Source: Patescibacteria group bacterium | Lineage (GTDB): Bacteria; Patescibacteriota; Patescibacteriia; 2-12-FULL-57-11 | DNA length: 64,000 bases | Direction: 5' to 3' | Assembly (NCBI GenBank): GCA_004297205.1 | Contig: SCUL01000001.1 | Location: 93,862 to 157,861, forward strand | Shown: positions 55,070 to 62,147 of the stretch, in pieces | How the letters are laid out: each line of letters starts with the position of its first letter | Position numbering within the stretch: the first letter of the stretch is position 1 | Notes under the pieces: generated by a model | Databases searched by the model: none | What the model saw: the letters and a program-made list of their open reading frames with translations, nothing else | Told to the model about the DNA's origin: nothing | Translations under genes and position numbers: made by a program

Positions 55070-56538
55070 AGACGGGTCCTGGTTTCTAATTCCTTAAGCA
55101 ACATCGCGGAAACACGTTTGGTGAAGCGGGTCTCGGCGTCGACCATGACCACCGACGCATGAAGCGCAAACACGAGGACGGCGGCGGCCGCGATCGCCGG
55201 GCGTCCTTCGGCGACGGCGATCATCCCGAGCACGGCGCTGACGATGCTCATGCCGATCTCGAAAATCGAGTGTTCGACGGCCGGGGGAACGCGCGGAATG
55301 ATGAACTTGTTGGTGCGCTCAAACTTGCCGCCGAGGCGGAAGACGCCCAGGAAGAGCGCGGTGGCGTACGTCCAATTCATGCCGAAGTGGACGGCCAGGG
55401 CCCGCAGGATGTCCGTCCAGGAGTATCTCCCATGGAACAGCAGGCCGAAGGCAACCGTCTTCGTCGCGACGTGGATGGCCAAGGCTGCCGCGGACACCAG
55501 GATGATCCGTTCGGTGAAGCGCCCTTCGCCGATGCCGGCCATCTCCGCCAAGGAAAAGGCGACGATGCACAGGCTCGGGAGCAACGTAAAATTCGTCCAG
55601 GCGCCGAGTTGCGACAAGAGCGCCAGCTTCTGGGCCCACGACAGGTCGCTGGGGAAGACGATGTCCGTGAAACGCCGCATCAGGACCTCCATGTTCCCGC
55701 GCGCCCACCGCTTCTTCTGTTTCTTGTAGGCGACGAAGTCGTACGGCATCACCCCGCGGCCCATGACCCGGTCGACAAAGACGCCGCGATACCCCGCAAA
55801 GAACAGCCGTGCGCCCATCTCGGCGTCCTCCGTCATCGAAGTGGGCGTGTAGGGCCCGACGTGCCGCAGCACCGCGGCGCGGAAGACGGTCAGCGTACCC
55901 GTCGCCGTGACGCACCCGAAACGGTTGCCGGCGTTCAGGTAATTCTGGAAGAAGTGCTCATACTCGATGCGCAGACCCCGGTTCCCGGAACCGATGTTTT
56001 GGTAGGTCTGCGGAAACTGCACGAAGGCCACGCGCTCGTCGCTGAAATACCGCAGCGCTTCCGTGAGGAAGTCCGGCTGGACCTCGTAGTCGGCGTCGAC
56101 CACGGCGATGAATTCCGCGCGCGGGTCGGTCTTCTCCCGCAACAGATTCAACGCTCCGGCCTTGAATCCGGACAACTTGTCGACGTGATAGAACCGGAAG
56201 GGCGCCCCGAGCTCCTTGCAGTAGGCCTGGATGGGTCTCCAGACGGCGGGGTCCGCGGTGTTGTTGTCCAGGACGATCACCTCGAAGTCGCCGTGCCGCA
56301 ACCCGTGCAGCGAGCGCAGGGTGTTCTTGAGCAGGACGGGCGGTTCGTTGCAGGTCGGCACGTGGATCGAGACGAAGCCGGTGCGCGGTCGGGCCGAGCG
56401 CCGCGGCGGTCTCTTGGGGAGCAGGGCGCCGACGATCTGTAATCCGCCCTGCACGGCCACGAGGGAAACCGAGCCGTATGTCAGCAAAAGCAGGGCGCCG
56501 ACAAAAATGTCATGTGCGGCCGTGACATACAGGGGCAT
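55066..56538 (-). CDS. glycosyltransferase family 2, processive (cellulose-synthase-like), with a C-terminal TM domain
   Basis: VIVLDNNTAD, VVDADYEV, TEDAEMG and the QxxRW-type KKQKKRWARG. The 4-nt overlap with the GT4 gene suggests an operon. Confidence 0.8.
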   Translation of the reverse strand: MPLYVTAAHDIFVGALLLLTYGSVSLVAVQGGLQIVGALLPKRPPRRSARPRTGFVSIHVPTCNEPPVLLKNTLRSLHGLRHGDFEVIVLDNNTADPAVWRPIQAYCKELGAPFRFYHVDKLSGFKAGALNLLREKTDPRAEFIAVVDADYEVQPDFLTEALRYFSDERVAFVQFPQTYQNIGSGNRGLRIEYEHFFQNYLNAGNRFGCVTATGTLTVFRAAVLRHVGPYTPTSMTEDAEMGARLFFAGYRGVFVDRVMGRGVMPYDFVAYKKQKKRWARGNMEVLMRRFTDIVFPSDLSWAQKLALLSQLGAWTNFTLLPSLCIVAFSLAEMAGIGEGRFTERIILVSAAALAIHVATKTVAFGLLFHGRYSWTDILRALAVHFGMNWTYATALFLGVFRLGGKFERTNKFIIPRVPPAVEHSIFEIGMSIVSAVLGMIAVAEGRPAIAAAAVLVFALHASVVMVDAETRFTKRVSAMLLKELETRTRL

Positions 56539-56659
56539 AGTTGGTCGTGGACCATTATGCCATCCGGACGGGAAAATGGCCACTCGCCGCATGTCGCCGC
56601 CGCAGGAGCTGCGGGAGCTGAGCGGTCAGGGGCGGTAGGAATCGGTTTGCTGCCGCAAA

Positions 56660-56692
56660 CGAAAACACCAGCCACATCGGCTGGTGTTTTCG
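56660..56692. terminator. bidirectional terminator hairpin AACACCAGCC-acat-GGCTGGTGTT with T-runs on both strands
   Basis: Perfect 10-bp stem at the left edge of the low-GC island. Confidence 0.5.
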
Positions 56693-56832
56693 TGACAGGC
56701 CAACTCGCCTGAAAACTGACACTTTCAGGGGGGTTCAAGCTACTTTCGGGGTTTGACCGCTGGATACTCGGTCGGAAGAGAAAAGTGGAAAAAGTGGGAC
56801 TCCGGGTGAGGGGCGTGTCTCACTTTTAGAGG

Positions 56833-57345
56833 TTACAGGAGCCGCGCGGTCGAAAGCTTGATGGAGAGTGCCTGGGCACTGACAAGGTATTTCTTCGCCA
56901 GCGAAGGAATGTCCGGCGTGGCCGCGAGATCCTTCTTTAGCATCTTCGCGGGCATCAGCAATTCGCCAGCAAAGAGGTTCGCCTCCTTTTCGGCGTGCGA
57001 GGCCGGACCGTCTTCGCTACAGCTACCGTGCCTCATGAGCATGTGTCCGATTTCATGCGCCAGTGTAAAGCGGCGGCGACACCCTGGGTGGTTCTCGTTG
57101 AACACAATCGTGACGAATTCATCGTCCGCCTTTTTACACACGACCAGAAGTCCAGAGACCTTTTCGGTGAACTTCTGGCTGCCGACCACGTCTAGGTTTG
57201 TTTTGGACTGAAGATGCTCAATGACTTGGCGCAGGGACACGGGTGCGGTCGAGATGCGCGCATGCTTCAGAAGATTTTGAGCTGTGACTTCAGCAAACTT
57301 CTTCCGAGGCCCGAGATCGACCCCGCCCTCATCCATTCTTTGCAT
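56833..57345 (-). CDS. ImmA/IrrE-family metallopeptidase (anti-repressor protease)
   Basis: HEIGH motif in RFTLAHEIGHMLMRHG. Start at the internal Met overlaps the XRE gene's 3' end, as in immR-immA pairs. Confidence 0.75.
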   Translation of the reverse strand: MQRMDEGGVDLGPRKKFAEVTAQNLLKHARISTAPVSLRQVIEHLQSKTNLDVVGSQKFTEKVSGLLVVCKKADDEFVTIVFNENHPGCRRRFTLAHEIGHMLMRHGSCSEDGPASHAEKEANLFAGELLMPAKMLKKDLAATPDIPSLAKKYLVSAQALSIKLSTARLL

Positions 57346-57679
57346 TCCCTTTTCGCTTAGCCATTTCAATAATCCGCTCGATCGCTTCCCGATCTTGTTT
57401 GGAAATATTCTTCTCCGCCCTAAGCGCAACTATGACGTCCATCTTTGTGTCTTTGCCCAGCAAAGAATCCACGTCGATCTTAAGGATGCTTGCGATGCGA
57501 CCCAGATTCTCCGCCGTCACCCCGCGCTGGTCGTTTTCTATGAGGGAGATGGCGGTAGCGGTTTCGAAATCCAGCGCCTTCGCAAGGTCAAGCTGTGAAT
57601 AACCTGCGGCCTCCCGTGCAGCCCGTATGCGCTGACCAATTGTTTTCGCCTTATTCTCATCGGTTTTCATACGTTTCAT
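57329..57679 (-). CDS. XRE-family helix-turn-helix transcriptional regulator (ImmR/Cro-C1-like)
   Basis: IGQRIRAAREAAGYSQLDLAKALDFETATAISLIENDQRGVTAENLGRIASIL is an HTH_XRE domain. Confidence 0.8.
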   Translation of the reverse strand: MKRMKTDENKAKTIGQRIRAAREAAGYSQLDLAKALDFETATAISLIENDQRGVTAENLGRIASILKIDVDSLLGKDTKMDVIVALRAEKNISKQDREAIERIIEMAKRKGNAKNG

Positions 57680-57707
57680 GTTGGCATGATAGCATCATCG
57701 TTTCGAT

Positions 57708-57755
57708 TTGACAAGGGTATTTCGTATTGATATACTTCTATTGTCATAATGACAA
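57708..57755 (+). promoter_or_regulatory. consensus-like promoter TTGACA-17nt-TATACT followed by a perfect palindrome TTGTCAT-a-ATGACAA (candidate repressor operator). A divergent promoter for the XRE gene overlaps it on the other strand.
   Basis: gatTTGACAagggtatttcgtattgaTATACTtctaTTGTCATAATGACAAtatcc lies 25 nt upstream of the operon's first ATG. In reverse it reads TTGTCA-17-TATCAT before the XRE ATG. Confidence 0.55.
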
Positions 57756-57778
57756 TATCCCCCGTAGGGGTCACCCAC

Positions 57779-58051
57779 ATGAACACCTACCTCGTGTCGT
57801 ACGACCTTCGGAAGCCGGGAAAGGATTACGCCCCGCTGCACGCGTTCCTCAAAAAGTATTCGGCATACGCGAAGCCCCTTGAGTCGCTGTGGTTCGTGAA
57901 GAGCCCGCTGACCGCCGAGGGCGTCCGCAACGAGATCATGACCCAAATCGACTCCAACGACCGCCTCTTCGTCGTGAACGTCACCAAGGCGGGTGCGGCT
58001 TGGACCGGCGTGGACAACGCAAATTCTAACTGGATTAAGGCTAACATGTAA
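57779..58051 (+). CDS. hypothetical small protein with a Cas2/VapD-like beta-alpha-beta-alpha-beta sequence pattern (putative ferredoxin-fold nuclease-like)
   Basis: MNTYLVSYDLRKPGKDYAPLHAFLKKYSAYAKPLESLWFVKSPLTAEGVRNEIMTQIDSNDRLFVVNV. Compare the Cas2 pattern LVxYDI..kRraKv.k.L..yG.RvQnSVFec.l......l...i..ii...DsvriY.l. There is no cas1 or CRISPR array in the window. Confidence 0.45.
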   Translation: MNTYLVSYDLRKPGKDYAPLHAFLKKYSAYAKPLESLWFVKSPLTAEGVRNEIMTQIDSNDRLFVVNVTKAGAAWTGVDNANSNWIKANM

Positions 58052-58056
58052 CCCCT

Positions 58057-58278
58057 ATGGCAAACCAGCACATAGTGCAGCGCGAGGAAGGTTGGGCGGT
58101 CCGGCGCGAGAAGGCCGGACGCGATACCGCCGTCCTCGACACCCAAGCGGAGGCAATCAAAGAGGCGAAGCGCATCGCGGACAACCAGGGCGGCGAGGTG
58201 CTCATCCACGGGCGTGACGGCAAGATCCGCAACAAGGATACGCACAGCAAGGTCGACCATCACCCACCTAAAGGCTAA
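58057..58278 (+). CDS. DUF2188-family small protein
   Basis: HIVQREEGWAVRREKAGRDTAVLDTQAEAIKEAKRIADNQGGEVLIHGRDGKIRNKD matches the DUF2188 pattern. Confidence 0.6.
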   Translation: MANQHIVQREEGWAVRREKAGRDTAVLDTQAEAIKEAKRIADNQGGEVLIHGRDGKIRNKDTHSKVDHHPPKG

Positions 58279-58283
58279 CCCCC

Positions 58284-58502
58284 ATGAACATCGGCGAAGT
58301 TAAGAACAAGGCAGAGTGCCCCGCCTGCAAGGCTGCGGTCGAGTTCACCCTGGTGGAGATCGCTGCGGAATCGTCCGTGACATGTGGCGGCTGCGGGGCA
58401 TCAATCAAGCTCACCGACAAGGACGGCGGCGCAAAGAAGCTCATCAAGGAGATGAACGATATCACCTCCCAATTCCCCAAGAAGATCACCCTCAAGTTCT
58501 AA
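58284..58502 (+). CDS. small zinc-ribbon protein (CPAC...CGGC)
   Basis: 72 aa with four Cys in two CxxC pairs. The 5-nt spacing from the previous gene suggests it is in an operon. Confidence 0.5.
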   Translation: MNIGEVKNKAECPACKAAVEFTLVEIAAESSVTCGGCGASIKLTDKDGGAKKLIKEMNDITSQFPKKITLKF

Positions 58503-58526
58503 TCCATCACCGACCCAAACGACCGT

Positions 58527-58835
58527 ATGATTTACGACTTCAAGGGTCCGTACACCTTCTCTGAAAAGGTCATATCGGACTGGGACAGCGACTCGATCGG
58601 CGTCTACTACTGCGGATACAAAAATGCGGATGGAAAGCTCGCTATCTGCTACATCGGCAGGGCAGTCGCCGAAGGCGGTATGCGCGGACGCCTCCTCGAG
58701 CACCTCGGTGAGGACAAGTGGTCCGATGTTACTCACTTTGGCTTCCATCGTTGCGACACCGCCACGGAGGCCAAGAACCACGAGATTGCCGAAATCGTTC
58801 TCTACAAACCCAAATACAACACGGTCGGCAAGTGA
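58527..58835 (+). CDS. stand-alone GIY-YIG nuclease domain protein
   Basis: GVYYCGYKNADGKLAICYIGRA...RLLEH...NHEIAEI carries the GIY-YIG motif, the Arg and the Glu. It has no additional DNA-binding domain. Confidence 0.65.
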   Translation: MIYDFKGPYTFSEKVISDWDSDSIGVYYCGYKNADGKLAICYIGRAVAEGGMRGRLLEHLGEDKWSDVTHFGFHRCDTATEAKNHEIAEIVLYKPKYNTVGK

Positions 58836-58937
58836 GTGTGGTGCCGCACCTCGCCGAGAAGTACACGAGGTAGCTCGCGGAATAAAAAACGTAACGCCCT
58901 CGAACATGCTGAGGGCGCGGTAGTGATCCATAATCGT

Positions 58938-59014
58938 GCTTTGCTTATCGGGCTAAAAACTTATCTACTTGTTCGATAAGCCGAGCCCATGTAACTAGGT
59001 GTGACCTTTGTTTA
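58938..59014. promoter_or_regulatory. AT-rich region upstream of the methyltransferase gene with an inverted repeat GCTTATCG...CGATAAGC and a palindrome TTTGTT-tat-AACAAA. Candidate promoter/operator.
   Basis: Seen directly in the sequence. It is preceded by a terminator-like hairpin CGCCCTC-gaacatgct-GAGGGCG at ~58895. Confidence 0.35.
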
Positions 59015-59030
59015 TAACAAATAGATAGTT

Positions 59031-59810
59031 ATGGGAAATTCCTATACAATTCCAATGTTAATCGCTATGCCAGAAGCAGTAGCTACAAAACGACGGATCC
59101 AGGGAGGGGTCGCTACGACCAACCTAGTCTTGTCAGCCCATGTAACGGGAAATGCCGATGTCTTCCCGACAGTTATTGATTTGCATGTGGCTCCGGGATC
59201 AAAGGTGGCTGACGTCACTTACGGAAAGGGTGTTTTTTGGAAAAAGGTTCCGCCGGGAAAGTACCAACTTTTCCCGAGCGATCTGAAAACCGGAATTGAT
59301 TGCACAAAATTACCCTACGAAAACGAGAGTCTTGATTGCGTCGTTCTTGATCCCCCCTACATGGAGGGGCTATTCCGCGGATCAAAGAATCAGCTGGCCG
59401 GATCTGGTACCCACGCAGCCTTCCGCGAAAACTATTCCAACGGTCAAGCATCCTCAATTGATGGGCCGAAATGGCACGACGCTGTTCTCGACCTGTACTT
59501 CCGTGCTGGCATCGAGGCCAGGAGGGTTCTAAGAAATGGCGGTACGCTCATCGTCAAATGCCAAGATGAAGTGAGCGCAAACAGGCAGAGACTTACTCAC
59601 GTTGAGATCATCAACGAGTACGTTGGGTATGGATACTACGCGAAAGATATTTTCGTAGTCGTACGGACGAACAGGCCGGTCATGAGCCGACTAAAGAAGC
59701 AGGTTCACGCTCGAAAAAACCATTCTTACTTCCTCGTGTTCGTGAAGGTCCCTGTCAACAAAAATCCGCGTCTTTATCGACCGCGAAGCAATTCGTCGAG
59801 CAACGGATAG
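59031..59810 (+). CDS. DNA methyltransferase (N6-adenine or N4-cytosine class, DPPY motif). Probable modification subunit of a type II R-M system.
   Basis: [10 protein letters not shown] (motif IV) followed by LAGSGT (motif I-like), which is a beta-class order. The gene is low-GC. Confidence 0.75.
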   Translation: MGNSYTIPMLIAMPEAVATKRRIQGGVATTNLVLSAHVTGNADVFPTVIDLHVAPGSKVADVTYGKGVFWKKVPPGKYQLFPSDLKTGIDCTKLPYENESLDCVVLDPPYMEGLFRGSKNQLAGSGTHAAFRENYSNGQASSIDGPKWHDAVLDLYFRAGIEARRVLRNGGTLIVKCQDEVSANRQRLTHVEIINEYVGYGYYAKDIFVVVRTNRPVMSRLKKQVHARKNHSYFLVFVKVPVNKNPRLYRPRSNSSSNG

Positions 59811-60352
59811 GGATCGGTGGTAAAGGGAGGCTCAGGAGGCCAAGAGACGTTGACTGTAGTGGCCAGCAGGTGTTGCTGCTGCTCGGGGGTATACTTTTTG
59901 GATTTAGATCTCGGAAGGTCTTTGTTTTTTGCAAAAATGAACCTCCAACCCTCCCCGAACGAGAAGAGATTCACCGCCAAGATATCGAACTCGCCCACAA
60001 GCAGGCACGTGGTTTCGACAACTGACCCGTCAAACAGCTTGACTGGCCGCCGGTCGCTTGCGTCAACTTGGGCTTTTCCGCACATCACCTTGTCAACACA
60101 ACGGATACTATTCGTTTGAAGCGACTTCACTTCGATGAAGAACTCTCTGCCACCGTAAGTAACGGAAATATCGCCTTTCTTAGTGCGGTCGTGATCATCA
60201 TACTTTTTTACATTTGTCACTTCCTTACGGCCATCGAACCACGTCTTCTTGGCCTTGGTCTCGCCGAGATAACCAAGAAGCATCCCGCGCAGGCTGGGAT
60301 TCGTGTCTATTACTTCGGTGAGATCATCCGCTGTGATCTCCCATCTCTGCAA
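59774..60352 (-). CDS. putative restriction endonuclease (PD-(D/E)xK-like motif), convergent with and overlapping the methyltransferase gene
   Basis: [17 protein letters not shown] gives D...E-x-K. The call rests on position and motif only, with no recognisable family. Confidence 0.4.
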   Translation of the reverse strand: MQRWEITADDLTEVIDTNPSLRGMLLGYLGETKAKKTWFDGRKEVTNVKKYDDHDRTKKGDISVTYGGREFFIEVKSLQTNSIRCVDKVMCGKAQVDASDRRPVKLFDGSVVETTCLLVGEFDILAVNLFSFGEGWRFIFAKNKDLPRSKSKKYTPEQQQHLLATTVNVSWPPEPPFTTDPYPLLDELLRGR

Positions 60353-60569
60353 GATGTCCTTCTTGGGGTCACTCAGATCGAGAGAGTATTACCACAAATT
60401 GACAGATGAGTCCAGTATAGCGCCCAACCATCTTCGGCGACTAGCCACACAGTAATTGAAAAAGCACCAACCGAAGATGGCGGCTTTCAGCAACTGGCTT
60501 GGGACTCCGATCTTTGGAACCGGCGCGCAACTTCCGCTGGGAAGCCGGATTTTGACGCAAGTCATCTCT

Positions 60570-60616
60570 TGGCAGGGGCGGTAGGAATCGAACCCACGCA
60601 AGGGGTTTTGGAGACC
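60570..60616 (-). repeat. partial tRNA-Trp gene copy (3' 47 nt: acceptor, T-arm and part of the anticodon stem). An att-like direct repeat of the intact tRNA-Trp 1.4 kb away.
   Basis: tggcaggggcggtaggaatcgaacccacgcaaggggttttggagacc is identical to 62026..62072 and lies at the right edge of the low-GC island. Confidence 0.7.
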
Positions 60617-60627
60617 TTGCGCGAGTG

Positions 60628-60664
60628 ATAAAAAAGTAGGCTCTCAGCATTTCTGCTGAGAGCC
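60628..60664 (-). terminator. intrinsic terminator hairpin GGCTCTCAGCA-tttc-TGCTGAGAGCC plus a T-run, minus-strand orientation, downstream of rtcB
   Basis: 11-bp perfect stem, with TACTTTTTT on the minus strand. Confidence 0.55.
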
Positions 60665-60689
60665 CGGTGCTGTCGCGTCGTCGAGGCGA

Positions 60690-61877
60690 TCACCCCTTGA
60701 CGCAGAGCACCTGCTTGAGCTCGGCCACGATCTCGACCAGGTCCGCCTGGTTGGCCATCACCCGCTCGATGTCCTTGTAGGCCGCGGGGATCTCGTCGAG
60801 GACCCCTTCGTCCTTGCGGCACTCCACGCCGGCGGTCTGCGCGGCGAGGTCCGCCGTCGTGTAGGCCTTCTTGGCCTTGTTGCGGCTCATCCGCCGACCG
60901 GCGCCATGCGAGGCGCTCTGGTAGGACTCGGCGTTGCCGCGGCCGCGCACGATGTAGCTCTTCGCGCCCATCGACCCGGGGATGATCCCGAGATCGCCGG
61001 CACCCGCGCGGATCGCGCCCTTGCGGGTGATGAAGAGCTGCTCGCCGAAGTGCGTCTCCTCGGCCACGTAGTTGTGGTGGCAGAGTACCGGTGCCTCGCA
61101 GGTCATGTGCGGAAAGGACCCGCGCAGCACCGCGAGGCAGCGCTCCAGCATCACGGTCCGGTTGATCCGCGCGTACTCCTGCGCCCAGTAGAGGTCGCGT
61201 CGGTACGCGGCCATCTGGGGCGTTCCGGCGAGGAACACCGCGAGGTCGCGGTCCGGAAGCTCGGCGTTGTGGGCCAGCTTCTTGGCCGCGGCGATGTGGA
61301 AGTCGGCGAGCTCCTTGCCGATGTAGCGGCTGCCCGAGTGCAGCATCACCCACACCCGGCCCTCCGTGTCGAGACACAGCTCGACGAAGTGATTACCGCC
61401 GCCGAGCGTTCCGAGCTGCTTCGCAGCGCGGCTGGCCAGCTGCCCGACCTTCGGCGACAGCTCGGCGAACCGCGCCATGAGCTCGGCGCCGGCGCGAGCC
61501 GTCTCTGCCGCGCATGCCGCGAACACCGGCTCCTCGTAGGTGGCGAAGCCCACGGGGATCGCCGCCTCGATCGCGAGCCGAATCTCGCGCAGCGACTCCG
61601 GCAGGTCGCCCGCGGTGAGGTTGGTCCTCACCGCGCCCATGCCGCAGCCGATGTCGACACCGACCGCGGCCGGCGACACGGCGTCGCGCATGGCCACGAC
61701 GGAACCGACCGTCGCGCCCTTGCCGAAGTGGACGTCCGGCATGATGGCGACGTGGTGCACGCACCACGGCAACCGGGCGATGTTCTTCAGCTGCTCGAGC
61801 GCCTCGGCCTCGACGTCGGCGACGTCGGTCCAGAGCTTCACGGGTACCCGACCACCGACGATCTCACTGCGTGCCAT
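60690..61877 (-). CDS. rtcB: RNA-splicing ligase RtcB
   Basis: GGGNHF, HGAGR and MPDVHFGKGATVGS are RtcB motifs. 395 aa. High GC, host-like. Confidence 0.9.
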   Translation of the reverse strand: MARSEIVGGRVPVKLWTDVADVEAEALEQLKNIARLPWCVHHVAIMPDVHFGKGATVGSVVAMRDAVSPAAVGVDIGCGMGAVRTNLTAGDLPESLREIRLAIEAAIPVGFATYEEPVFAACAAETARAGAELMARFAELSPKVGQLASRAAKQLGTLGGGNHFVELCLDTEGRVWVMLHSGSRYIGKELADFHIAAAKKLAHNAELPDRDLAVFLAGTPQMAAYRRDLYWAQEYARINRTVMLERCLAVLRGSFPHMTCEAPVLCHHNYVAEETHFGEQLFITRKGAIRAGAGDLGIIPGSMGAKSYIVRGRGNAESYQSASHGAGRRMSRNKAKKAYTTADLAAQTAGVECRKDEGVLDEIPAAYKDIERVMANQADLVEIVAELKQVLCVKG

Positions 61878-62025
61878 AGCTGTTTTCTCCCTGTGGTGTT
61901 TGTTATGGAAAGAGAAGCGAATTGTTCAGGAACGACGCGACAGTAAATCACATTTTCTCTGGAAAGTCAAGCCTGTGCGCATGTACAAGAAAAGCGCGGC
62001 CGTCAGTACGACGGTCGCGCTTTTC

Positions 62026-62099
62026 TGGCAGGGGCGGTAGGAATCGAACCCACGCAAGGGGTTTTGGAGACCCCTGTACTACCATTATACGACGCCCCC
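62026..62099 (-). tRNA. tRNA-Trp (anticodon CCA), with the 3' CCA encoded
   Basis: The reverse complement GGGGGCGTCGTATAATGGTAGTACAGGGGTCTCCAAAACCCCTTGCGTGGGTTCGATTCCTACCGCCCCTGCCA folds as a cloverleaf. The anticodon loop is CTCCAAA and the T-loop is GGTTCGATTCC. Confidence 0.85.
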
Positions 62100-62147
62100 A
62101 GGCGCGGAAGACGTTACGCGAAAATGTCCGACAGGGCAAGACTGCCA

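Noticed and set aside
56640-56830. Left-hand att or tRNA fragment for the low-GC island
   Set aside because: The tggcaggggcggtagg sequence is not present. Only a terminator hairpin and short inverted repeats were found, so the left boundary remains undefined.
60906-61946. 346-aa plus-strand ORF
   Set aside because: It is antisense to rtcB.
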